Part shown: positions 7,179-16,051 of the stretch, piece by piece
How the letters are laid out: each line of letters begins with the position of its first letter
How positions within the stretch are numbered: the stretch's first letter is position 1
Source: an uncultured Verrucomicrobiae bacterium
Lineage (GTDB): Bacteria > Verrucomicrobiota > Verrucomicrobiia > Chthoniobacterales > JAFAMB01
Direction: 5' to 3'
NCBI GenBank assembly: GCA_963813025.1
Contig: CAWEXO010000011.1
Coordinates: 832,001-896,000 of the forward strand
DNA length: 64,000 bases
Notes under the pieces: generated by a model
What the model was told of the DNA's origin: nothing
The model's input: the letters and a program-made list of their open reading frames with translations, nothing else
Database searches by the model: none
Made by a program: the position numbers and the translations under genes

Positions 7179-9857
7179 TCAAAGGACTGTTTGGTCTTTT
7201 TGTTCTCTCGCGAAGCTTTGTGCCTGCTCGACCGTGTCGATGTCGGCGACCGATTTATCGTCGCGGATGCGTTTGATGCGCGGGAAACGCAAAGCCAGCC
7301 CACTCGAATGCCGCTGGCTTACCTGGACCGAATCGAAGGCAACCTCAAGCACGATTTCGGGTTTGACCTCGCGATAACGCCCGTGCACCCGAAGAGTGGT
7401 CCGTTGAAAGTGCTCCGTCAGGTGTTCAATTTCCGCATCGGTTAATCCGGAATAGGCCTTGCCAATAGTCTCTAATTCCCCAGTCGCCTCATCGCGGACG
7501 GCAAAGGTATAGTCGCTGAGAACGTGACTTCGTTTGCCGTGACCCAGCTCTGCTCCAACCACTACGACATCGAGAGTGGCGAATTCTTCTTTCAATTTTA
7601 TCCAACTGCCGCCACGTCGTCCCGGGGAGTAGACGCTGGCGGGATCTTTGATCATCAAGCCTTCGCCCCCAGCTTGACGGGCTAGCAGAAAAGCTCTCCG
7701 GATTTCCTGGGCGGAACTGACGGAAACTATTTTTGAGCGTCGCACCAGTTTGGGCAATGAAATTTGATCAAGCAGCGTACGCCGATAGTGGAGCGGTTGT
7801 TTGATCAGAATTTGGTGATCGAGTGAAAGAAGGTCAAAAGCAACGTAGATCACTGGCACATCGTTCGTTTCAAAAAGATCGAGAGTCTTTTTGCGACCCA
7901 GTCGCCTCTGCAGATCGAAAAAGGTTAGCTTCAGTCCGGCCGCATAAGCGAGGATCTCTCCGTCGAGAATCAGGTCGCGATTGAATCCGGCGCCCGCCAA
8001 CTCAGGAAATTCCTGAGATATATTGCGGAGATCCCGACTGAAAATTTCAACCCGATTACCGTCAGCGTGGAGTTGAGCGCGAATACCGTCGTATTTCCGT
8101 TCAGCGTAAACTGATTTGCCGCTGAGGTCGCGAACGATCCGGGCCCAGATTGATTCGGCGCTGGGTTCCGCAATTGCGAGCATGCAGCGAAGAGGCCGGA
8201 ACGGGGTAACAGTTGCCTCCCGGAGCTTCCTCTTCCTGGCCAGGGTCGCGGTCAGTCCGATATCGCTGGTGAGCATATTTGCTTCCTTCACTTCGTCCAG
8301 GTTGGCTGCGAACGCGTCCGCAATAGCTTCTTCGACCAGTCCCTCCTTCAGGCCTATGCGCAAGTCACCGGTAAGAATGCGAATGACGTAGCTGCCGCTT
8401 AAAGGCGAAAGCTGACGCAAGAGGATGGCGAGGATGTCTCCTTTGGCGAGCGGACCGGCCGCGGCCTGGATTCGCGAAAAAAAACAGCGCACGTCGAGCA
8501 AAGAAAGATCGCCACTGGTTCGGTGCAGCAAAATTTCGTAAGCGATGCGTCCAGTGTCAGCATACCCGGTCGCGATGCGGCGAAAATGAGTTTCACCCAA
8601 GCCAGAGGCCTGGAGGAGAGCGCGTCGAATCACTGCCCAGCCAACTTGTAAAACGCTTTCGCCGGAGCGCGGAAAGGCTTGTCCTGTCAAGAAAATGCTC
8701 GCAATGCTTAGTTCCTCATCGGTTAAACTCCGAAAATAGCTCGCCAGCACCGCGACCTTTTTTCGCTTACCACTGAGTTTGGCGATTTCCTCTGCGATCT
8801 GCGCCAGCTTTCCGAACCCCGCTTCCAAAGCATGATTCGTGACAACAGTGTCGACCCGTTCCGGTTGACCGACAGGAGGGTGAGACAGGGATAACTCAAG
8901 TTGGTTATCTGTCCCAAGTGCCCATGCCTCAACCCCACGACGGCGCAAGTCCGCGGCAAACTCGTGGGCAAAACCATGAACCGTGAGAACCTGCGACGGG
9001 TTGACCAGTTCGACATAGCGCAGCAGATCCGCGTAGTCCGCGTGATCCGAGAGCGGGAAAACGGCGTCGCACTGATAACGAAAAGCTGAGCCAGGATTGA
9101 GGGCCCAGCCGGTTAGCATCGCGGTACGGCGATCCCGGATACTTTGGACGAGACGAGTCTGGTTCGCCCCCGGGGGGCAGATCAGTACACTCCCGGTTTC
9201 CCTCTGGCCGGCGTACAACTCGTAAGCTGGAAGTTTGTGCCCCAGGTCCTCAAAAAGCCGCGTCAGCTGGTACACGCTCGGATGGAGCAGGATGCGCCAA
9301 CCGCAGCCGCGGAGCGCGGACAGGATTTCTTGCGTCTTGCCCAATGAATATCCAAAAAGGATCGGGAGAGCTTCTTCTTCGATCGCCTCAGTGCAAAACT
9401 TCAAAAGATCGGCGATCACCAGGTCGGTGGCCGGGAAAATAAACTGGGGCAACCCATAGGTGGTTTCCATGATCAGAGTATCGGCCTGAACCCACTCGAT
9501 CGGTTCCGCCGATTGCCCATGACGCAGTTTGAAGTCCCCGGTGTACAGGAGGGATGATTGGTTGAAAGCGAGCCAGAGCTGGGCAGATCCAAAGATGTGC
9601 CCGGCCGGATAAAGCACTCCTTCGGCGCCTCGATAGCGGAACGGCTGGCGGAACCGGTAGGCGTACTCGACACGGTTACCTGGTAATCTCGCCGCCATCA
9701 ATTTGGCGGTGATATCCGATAAGAGTACTTCGTGGTGATTCCCGATATGATCGCTATGCGCATGGGAGACGAACGCCGCGGGGCGCTCGTCCCAGGGATC
9801 AAGCCAGAGATCCAGGTCGGGAAGGAAGATTCCGCGATCGAACCGAACAGTATTCAT
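7179..9857 (-). CDS. Fusion of ligase-associated MBL-fold exonuclease and ATP-dependent DNA ligase
   Basis: N-terminal SHAHSDH, PAGHIFGSAQ, YTGDFK, ETTYGLP, LSDHADY. C-terminal ligase motifs ERKYDGIRAQ, LDGEI, FDLL, EGLMIK, WIKLK, LRFPR. Confidence 0.93.
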   Translation of the reverse strand: MNTVRFDRGIFLPDLDLWLDPWDERPAAFVSHAHSDHIGNHHEVLLSDITAKLMAARLPGNRVEYAYRFRQPFRYRGAEGVLYPAGHIFGSAQLWLAFNQSSLLYTGDFKLRHGQSAEPIEWVQADTLIMETTYGLPQFIFPATDLVIADLLKFCTEAIEEEALPILFGYSLGKTQEILSALRGCGWRILLHPSVYQLTRLFEDLGHKLPAYELYAGQRETGSVLICPPGANQTRLVQSIRDRRTAMLTGWALNPGSAFRYQCDAVFPLSDHADYADLLRYVELVNPSQVLTVHGFAHEFAADLRRRGVEAWALGTDNQLELSLSHPPVGQPERVDTVVTNHALEAGFGKLAQIAEEIAKLSGKRKKVAVLASYFRSLTDEELSIASIFLTGQAFPRSGESVLQVGWAVIRRALLQASGLGETHFRRIATGYADTGRIAYEILLHRTSGDLSLLDVRCFFSRIQAAAGPLAKGDILAILLRQLSPLSGSYVIRILTGDLRIGLKEGLVEEAIADAFAANLDEVKEANMLTSDIGLTATLARKRKLREATVTPFRPLRCMLAIAEPSAESIWARIVRDLSGKSVYAERKYDGIRAQLHADGNRVEIFSRDLRNISQEFPELAGAGFNRDLILDGEILAYAAGLKLTFFDLQRRLGRKKTLDLFETNDVPVIYVAFDLLSLDHQILIKQPLHYRRTLLDQISLPKLVRRSKIVSVSSAQEIRRAFLLARQAGGEGLMIKDPASVYSPGRRGGSWIKLKEEFATLDVVVVGAELGHGKRSHVLSDYTFAVRDEATGELETIGKAYSGLTDAEIEHLTEHFQRTTLRVHGRYREVKPEIVLEVAFDSVQVSQRHSSGLALRFPRIKRIRDDKSVADIDTVEQAQSFAREQKDQTVL

Positions 9858-10045
9858 GGATCTACGGGACAGCTGTCCGAAAGAGGCAGTCCGTCTTTCC
9901 TGAAGATCAATGCCGGCTGGGGGGCGGCGAGGGACAAAACGGTCGCCGATAAGAAAATTAATGGAATCATCGGCCGGTTTGGGCGGTTGAATCTCTCAGG
10001 AGCCGGGCAGCCGTCACTTGACACAGGTCTGCCCGGTCGGTTCTT

Positions 10046-10582
10046 ATGCGGCTCATGAAGAAAATGGCGCTGAGCGTTGCGGCCGGCTCCCTCTTGCTGG
10101 TGTTTTTTGCCAGGGCTGACAGCACTCCGCTGCCCATGGTGCAGGCCAACCCGCTGCCGTTGGCGTTGAGCGACGATTTTCAATTTCGCAAATTTACAAT
10201 TTTTAACAACACCCCGCTGCGGCCGGGTGCGACACCCATTCCGACTCGCGAGCTCATGATCGATTTCGAGCGAAAACGGCGGTTTTGGGGCGCAATTGAC
10301 GGCTCGGAGATTTTTCGACGGATCGGCCAATACTTCACTTTTTCCTGGCGAACCAAACGACGAGCAAACCTCACCTTGCGCCTGGAGTATCGGCAAAGGA
10401 ATCTGCAGAACTACGTCCAAGGGCGGGAAATCTATTATCCGAATGTGAAAGGCAGTTACTATTCGGAGTTTTCCGTGGTTGGAAATGATTATCAACAGGA
10501 TGGTCCAATCACTTCGTGGCGAGCGATTTTGATCGAAAATAACACAATTGTCGCGCTTTTACAGTCACGCACATGGCGCTAG
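10046..10582 (+). CDS. Secreted hypothetical protein
   Basis: 178-aa ORF with signal peptide (MKKMALSVAAGSLLLVFFARA) and a beta-rich body; co-oriented with the downstream run. Confidence 0.75.
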   Translation: MRLMKKMALSVAAGSLLLVFFARADSTPLPMVQANPLPLALSDDFQFRKFTIFNNTPLRPGATPIPTRELMIDFERKRRFWGAIDGSEIFRRIGQYFTFSWRTKRRANLTLRLEYRQRNLQNYVQGREIYYPNVKGSYYSEFSVVGNDYQQDGPITSWRAILIENNTIVALLQSRTWR

Positions 10583-10593
10583 GTGTCCGCTAT

Positions 10594-10623
10594 TTGACAC
10601 CGAAAGTTCGGGAAAGATATATT
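10594..10623 (+). promoter_or_regulatory. Putative sigma70 promoter for the STAS-rsbU-grpE-dnaJ run
   Basis: TTGACA (10594-10599), 18 nt, TATATT (10618-10623). Confidence 0.55.
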
Positions 10624-10634
10624 TGATGAAATTT

Positions 10635-11150
10635 GTGAGTGTACCAGCTTCCATTCTGGTCGGGGTAACCGGGAAATCAGTTCAGATCAGGGTGCAAGGC
10701 AAAGGCTCCTTTCAGAACAGCCCGGCGCTGAAAGAGTTCGCGAAGGAAATGTTCGATCGTGGACAGAGAATCTTCGTGATTGATCTGAAGATGTGTTCTG
10801 TGATGGACTCAACGTTTATGGGGACGCTGGCGGGAATTGCTTTACGCCTGCGCGAGGCAGGGTCAGGTTCGCTTCAGGTCATCAACGTGAACGAGCGTAA
10901 TTACGAGCTTCTCCGGAATCTTGGTTTGAATAATCTCTTCGAGATTGGGTCGAAACCGACTGAGACCGCAGTGGGTAGTGAAGAAACGGAGGCTCTCGAT
11001 CATCAGCAAGTAGTGAGTCGTTCTGATCAGGCGGAGTGTATGATCGAAGCGCATGAAGCACTCGTGGGCGCCGATCCCGAAAACCTCGCGCGATTCAAGG
11101 ATGTTTTGGAGTATTTGAGGCAGGACCTGCGCACCGGTGCCTCGAACTAA
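10635..11150 (+). CDS. STAS-domain anti-sigma factor antagonist
   Basis: IDLKMCSVMDSTFMGTL phospho-Ser motif and LLRNLGL. GTG 10635 preferred because of the promoter position; ATG 10626 is an alternative. Confidence 0.88.
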   Translation: MSVPASILVGVTGKSVQIRVQGKGSFQNSPALKEFAKEMFDRGQRIFVIDLKMCSVMDSTFMGTLAGIALRLREAGSGSLQVINVNERNYELLRNLGLNNLFEIGSKPTETAVGSEETEALDHQQVVSRSDQAECMIEAHEALVGADPENLARFKDVLEYLRQDLRTGASN

Positions 11151-11159
11151 CTCCGTTCG

Positions 11160-12596
11160 ATGTGGTCCTTCACCCTGATAGGACTACTCGCCCTCAGTCT
11201 ATTCTTTCTCGCGGCGGTCTGCTACCGGCAGCGCAAAATGATCAGCGATCTGCGTCGGGCGCGGGAAGACCTGCAGATTGAGGAGACGCGGGTCTTCGAT
11301 TTTTTGCACGGACTCGGCGAAGCGTTTTCCGAGAATCTCAAGGCCTCCGACTTACACCGGCTTATTGTCGAAGGGGCGACGCGGATTCTCGACGCGCACG
11401 GAGGCGCCTTGTATCTGTCCGGCCGCAATGGTCAGGAGCTGATTCCAGCTTTCCTCTCTAAAGACTGTCCACCGCTGGTGGAAATCCCGGACGAAGTGCT
11501 CCGGCAAAGCTCAGCGAGCGCACTTGGCGCGGAGAGTTATCTTCGTTTGCACACGGTCAAACGCGGAGAAGGGTTACTCGGCACCGTCTGGGACAAAAAG
11601 GAGCCGCTTTTTCTCTCCAGTCGCGATTGTGATCCTCGCTTGGACAATCTCAAGCACTCCGCTTTGCGCATGGATTCGGTCATGATCGGACCCTTGATTT
11701 ATGGCGGGCAAAGCCTCGGTGTTCTCGCGGTGGCAAACGGCCCGATGAGCACTCCGTTTTCGCCCTCGGATTTCGTCGTCTTTCAGTCGATCGTCGAACA
11801 GTCGGCTTTCGCGCTGTACAATGCGATGGTGTATCTGGAGGCGGGAGAAAAAAGGCGGATCGATCGAGATTTGCAGGTTGCTCATGACATTCAGAGAATC
11901 CTGCTGCCAAACAGATCCCCGGAAATCCCCGGATATGAAATTGTTGGCGTTAATATTCCCGCCAGCCAGGTGAGTGGAGATTATTACGACTACATTCCGG
12001 TGGACGAAAGCCGGCTGGGGGTTGTTATCGCCGACGTTTCGGGAAAAGGAGTTCCCGCCGCGCTGATCATGGCCATGTGTCGAAGCGTCCTCCGCGCAGC
12101 TGCAGAGGCAAATCCCTCGGCGGCCAGGGTTTTGCAGCTGGTCAATCGACAACTGTATCCCGATATTCGCGAGGACATGTTTATCAGTATGGCCTATTCG
12201 GTCCTGGAGAGGGCAGGGAACGAAATCGTTCTAGCGCGGGCCGGCCACGACGCGCCGCTGCTCTTTCGAGCCGCTGACCGTTCGGTGACGCGGATCAACC
12301 CGCCGGGTCTGGCCCTGGGAATTGACAGTGGGGACGTTTTCGATAGGGTAACCGGCGATTTCCGGGTACGCCTCGAGCCAAATGATTGCTTTGTATTTTA
12401 TACCGATGGCGTGACCGAAGCACTGGATACGAATGGCTTAGAATTCGGGATAACAAGGCTGATCGAAGTGATTCAAGCCAGCGCTGCGGACGGAGCGCCC
12501 GCCGTGGTGAACCGTGTTACCAGCGAAGTGAAAGCCTTCGGCGGCGGTCAGCCTCAAACCGACGATATTACCTTGATCGTGATTCGGAAATTATGA
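11160..12596 (+). CDS. RsbU/SpoIIE-family PP2C phosphatase with N-terminal TM and GAF domain
   Basis: IQRILLP, VSGDYYDY, IADVSGKGVPAAL, AGHDAP, FYTDGVTEA, DDITL. Confidence 0.93.
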   Translation: MWSFTLIGLLALSLFFLAAVCYRQRKMISDLRRAREDLQIEETRVFDFLHGLGEAFSENLKASDLHRLIVEGATRILDAHGGALYLSGRNGQELIPAFLSKDCPPLVEIPDEVLRQSSASALGAESYLRLHTVKRGEGLLGTVWDKKEPLFLSSRDCDPRLDNLKHSALRMDSVMIGPLIYGGQSLGVLAVANGPMSTPFSPSDFVVFQSIVEQSAFALYNAMVYLEAGEKRRIDRDLQVAHDIQRILLPNRSPEIPGYEIVGVNIPASQVSGDYYDYIPVDESRLGVVIADVSGKGVPAALIMAMCRSVLRAAAEANPSAARVLQLVNRQLYPDIREDMFISMAYSVLERAGNEIVLARAGHDAPLLFRAADRSVTRINPPGLALGIDSGDVFDRVTGDFRVRLEPNDCFVFYTDGVTEALDTNGLEFGITRLIEVIQASAADGAPAVVNRVTSEVKAFGGGQPQTDDITLIVIRKL

Positions 12597-13165
12597 GTAG
12601 ACCGAAAGATAAATTTGATGTGATCGGCACTGAGTTCGAGGCCGGTCCGGACGACGAACCGGTGGGCTCTGCGGAAGAGAACTCCGAGATTGTCGAGCTG
12701 CGCCGGAAAGTCGCTGAGTACCAGGATCGAGCCTTGCGCGCCATCGCCGAACTGGACAACTACCGGAAACGGGTTGCTCGCGAAAAGGAGGATTCCGTTC
12801 GTTACGCCAATGCCGGTTTCCTGGAGCGGTTGCTGCCTATTTTGGACAATTTTGAGCTTGGGTTGCAGGCTGCGCGCTCAGGCAACAGTAACTCGGCTGT
12901 CCTGGATGGAATGAGCATGGTTTATAAACAGCTTCAGGATTTTTTAACCGCCTCCGGTGTCGAGTCCATTGAGGCTGAAGGCCAGCGTTTTGATCCGAAA
13001 GTGCATGAGGCGATTGCCCAGGAAGAGCATCCTGAGCTGGAGGAAGGAATGGTAGTACGGCAACTGCGCCGCGGCTACAAACTTCGTGATCGGTTGATCC
13101 GCCCGGCGAATGTCATCGTGGCGAAAGCACCCGCTGGCGAAACTGCAAACGAGCGTGAGGGATAG
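12593..13165 (+). CDS. grpE: Nucleotide exchange factor GrpE
   Basis: [49 protein letters not shown] overlap with the upstream stop. Confidence 0.96.
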   Translation: MSRPKDKFDVIGTEFEAGPDDEPVGSAEENSEIVELRRKVAEYQDRALRAIAELDNYRKRVAREKEDSVRYANAGFLERLLPILDNFELGLQAARSGNSNSAVLDGMSMVYKQLQDFLTASGVESIEAEGQRFDPKVHEAIAQEEHPELEEGMVVRQLRRGYKLRDRLIRPANVIVAKAPAGETANEREG

Positions 13166-14332
13166 ATGATGGCAACAAAACGCGATTATTACGACGTCCT
13201 GGGCGTCGATCGCAACTCTTCGACGGAGGAGATAAAAAGGCATACCGCAAATTGGCGGTTCGATTTCATCCCGACAAGAATCCCGGTGACCCGGCCGCCG
13301 AAGACAAGTTCAAGGAACTTGGCGAAGCATACGAGGTGCTGATCGATGAGCAAAAGCGCGCTGCTTACGACCGGTACGGACACGCCGCTTTTGCCGGGGG
13401 GGCCGGTCGTTCAAGCGGCGGGTTTGGCGGAGGTTTTCACGATCCTTTTGACATTTTCCGCGAGGTCTTCGGTATGGGTTCTGAGGGTGGGGCGGGAGGA
13501 GGGATTTTTGATCAGCTCTTTGGCACGAGCGCCGCTCCGCGCGATCGCAGCGGGCGGCAACGAGGCTCGGATCTCCGCTACGATCTGCAAATTAGTTTAG
13601 AGGAAGCAGCTTTTGGGGTTGAGAAAGAGATTGACCTGCTCAAGCACGAAGTCTGCTCCGCATTGCCACGGATCTGGAGCCGAGGCTGGCTCGAAAGCGG
13701 CTACTTGTCCGACTTGTCAGGGACGAGGCCAAGTGATAACCGCGCGCGGCTTTTTCCAGGTGTCGCAGACTTGTCCCCGCTGTCGCGGTACCGGTCAGGT
13801 GATCGAGCGCCCCTGCCGCGATTGCGGCGGTGACGGTCGGCTCGAGAAGCGATCTCGGATCAAACTGAAGATTCCCGCCGGCATTGATGACGGCGCCCGT
13901 TTGCGATCATCGCGCAATGGTGAGGCCGGCGTCCGCGGGGGTTCTCCCGGAGACCTTTACGTTGTTATTCATATCCGTGAACATGAGATCTTTACCCGGG
14001 AAGACGACGACCTCTATTGCGAAGTGCCGGTGTCTTTTGCGACCGCGGCGCTGGGAGGTGAGGTAAAGGTCCCGACCTTGGAAGGTCAAGCGCTGCTCCG
14101 CATTCCAACGGGCACTCAGAGCGGCACGCAGTTTCGGATTCGCGGTCATGGAGTGGCTAACATGGATAGCCGAAGCCGAGGAGACCTGCGGGTGCGGGCC
14201 ATTGTCGAAGTGCCGACACGTTTGAATTCCGAACAGCGCCGCAAACTCGAAGAGTTTGCTAGCTCCTGCGGAGAAGACAATAGCCCGATGCACAAATCGT
14301 TTTTCGAAAAGGCTAAGGAGTTTTTTCGCTGA
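13166..14332 (+). CDS. dnaJ: Chaperone DnaJ, split by two apparent single-base frameshifts (~13234-13238, ~13657)
   Basis: [17 protein letters not shown]-rich region, CxxCxGxG repeats and C-terminal domain spread across three consecutive frame segments. Confidence 0.92.
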
Positions 14333-15108
14333 CCGTTCACCGCTTCTATATCGCTCCGGCCGATTGGAAATCGACGGCCTTGGCGCTGACCGGTCCGCAA
14401 GCACATCATTGCGCGGACGTGCTCCGATTGCCGATGGGCGCACGCGTAGTCGTGTTTGACGGCGAGGGTACGGAAGTCACAGCCGAGATTACTGACCTGG
14501 CCAAATCTACCGTTTTTCTCAAGTCGGTGTTGACCAACCGAAGTCCTCGTTTGCCCTATCGGTTAATCCTCGCGCAGGCTTTGCCAAAGGGAAAACAGAT
14601 GGACATGATTGTTCAGAAAGCGACTGAGCTTGGTGTCTCGACGATCATCCCTTTGCTCTCGGAACGCACGGTTATTCAGGTTGACTCGGGCGAGGAGGAA
14701 CACAGAGCAGTCCGTTGGAAACAAATCGCAATCGAAGCGGCCAAGCAATGCGGTCAGAACTGGCTGCCGGAGATGCGCCGTCCAGTTCGACCGAAAGCGT
14801 TTCTTACTGACCCGGAGCCGTGCGATGTCGCATTCATCGGTTCGCTCCAGGATGATGCGCGGGAATTTCGACTCGCCTTTGCCGAATATCGCGAGCGGAA
14901 CAACGGGAAGAGCCCGGCGTCGGCGATGATGTTAATCGGTCCGGAGGGGGATTTTACGCCCGCCGAATTGGCCTTGGCCAGGTCGGCTGGCTGTATCCCG
15001 GTATCGCTTGGACCAATTGTTCTTCGCACTGAGACCGCAGCCATTTTCAGCCTGAGCGTACTTTCCTATGAGCTGAGAAATGCCGAGAATTCCCGGCAGC
15101 GTCGGTAA
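14329..15108 (+). CDS. rsmE: 16S rRNA m3U1498 methyltransferase
   Basis: HRFY N-terminus, IVQKATELGV, EAAKQCG, IGPEGDFT, SLGPIVLRTETA. Start uncertain (CTG 14329 or TTG 14380). Confidence 0.93.
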   Translation: MTVHRFYIAPADWKSTALALTGPQAHHCADVLRLPMGARVVVFDGEGTEVTAEITDLAKSTVFLKSVLTNRSPRLPYRLILAQALPKGKQMDMIVQKATELGVSTIIPLLSERTVIQVDSGEEEHRAVRWKQIAIEAAKQCGQNWLPEMRRPVRPKAFLTDPEPCDVAFIGSLQDDAREFRLAFAEYRERNNGKSPASAMMLIGPEGDFTPAELALARSAGCIPVSLGPIVLRTETAAIFSLSVLSYELRNAENSRQRR

Positions 15109-15327
15109 GGGAAGTTCGGGGAAGTCAGGGAAGTTCAAGTAAGTCGGGTCAGCGGCTGCCCCGAGCTTGTCTTGCGATCGCTTTCGCAGAGCGGATCAAA
15201 ACAATTCTTTCAGGAAAGGAATCAGTAAAGGCATACGCTTTCTCTGCCCGATCAGCTCCCCTGACCTTCCCTGAAACTTCCCCGACCTTCCCCGAATTTC
15301 CCTGAATTTCCCTGAACTTCCCCGAAC
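15108..15327. repeat. Inverted pair of 9-10-nt tandem-repeat arrays
   Basis: GGGAAGTTC(G/A)-type units at 15108-15150 and complementary GAA(C/T)TTCCC-type units at 15258-15327. Confidence 0.85.
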
Positions 15328-15413
15328 CGAAAGCCGGCGCTGGACAACTCCTCAGTCGTAAGGCAATAGTTTCGCGGTTCCTGCTCCGGCGATTGGCAAT
15401 CGGCCCGGCTGAT

Positions 15414-16003
15414 ATGAATGACGTTTTGCACAAAGCGACGGTTCTCGTTTTGAACCGAAATTGGCAGGCGATCGATGTGAAAACGCCTGCACAAGCCTTT
15501 TGCATGATGGCAAATGGCAACGCCACGGCTCTCGATATTGAGGACGCTGGCGATATGCGTCCAGTCCGTTGGGTGGAATGGCTCGGATTGCCTGTCCGCG
15601 AAGAAGATTACTCGGTGCGAACCGTCCGCGGTGGAGTCCGGGTTCCGACCGTACTTGTACTTGCCCGGTACAATAAGGTGCCGCGGCGCCGCCCGAAGCT
15701 TTCGACCAAAGGCATTTGGGAGAGGGATGGCGGGAAATGCCAGTATACTGGAAGGAAACTGGCCCCTCACGAAGGCAACATTGATCATGTCGTTCCTCGG
15801 TCTCGAGGTGGCACGACAACGTGGGAGAACTGTGTTCTGGCCGATAAAAGGTGAATAGCCGCAAAGGCAATCGCTTGCCGGAAGAGATCGGTTTGCAGCT
15901 TAAGAAAATGCCGGAAACACCACGCGAACTGCCGGTGACCTACTTCATCCGAAACGCACACAATGTGCGCGACTGGGATCATTTCCTGGTGCATGTGGCC
16001 TAG
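15414..16003 (+). CDS. HNH endonuclease (McrA-like), apparent frameshift in an A-run at ~15847-15850
   Basis: VLVLNRNWQAI, ERDGGKCQYTG, NIDHVVPRSRGG..TWENCV. Continues in another frame as VNSRKGNRLPEE...DWDHFLVHVA* (TAG 16001-16003). Confidence 0.85.
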
Positions 16004-16051
16004 CGCGCCGTCTCCTATATAGCGATGACGATCCCTAAGGATTGATGAGCG

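Noticed and set aside
13166..14332. Programmed frameshifting or pseudogenisation of dnaJ (and rpsA)
   Set aside because: No decay beyond single indels and no consistent slippery-site/hairpin signal; these are conserved or essential genes, so assembly error is more parsimonious.
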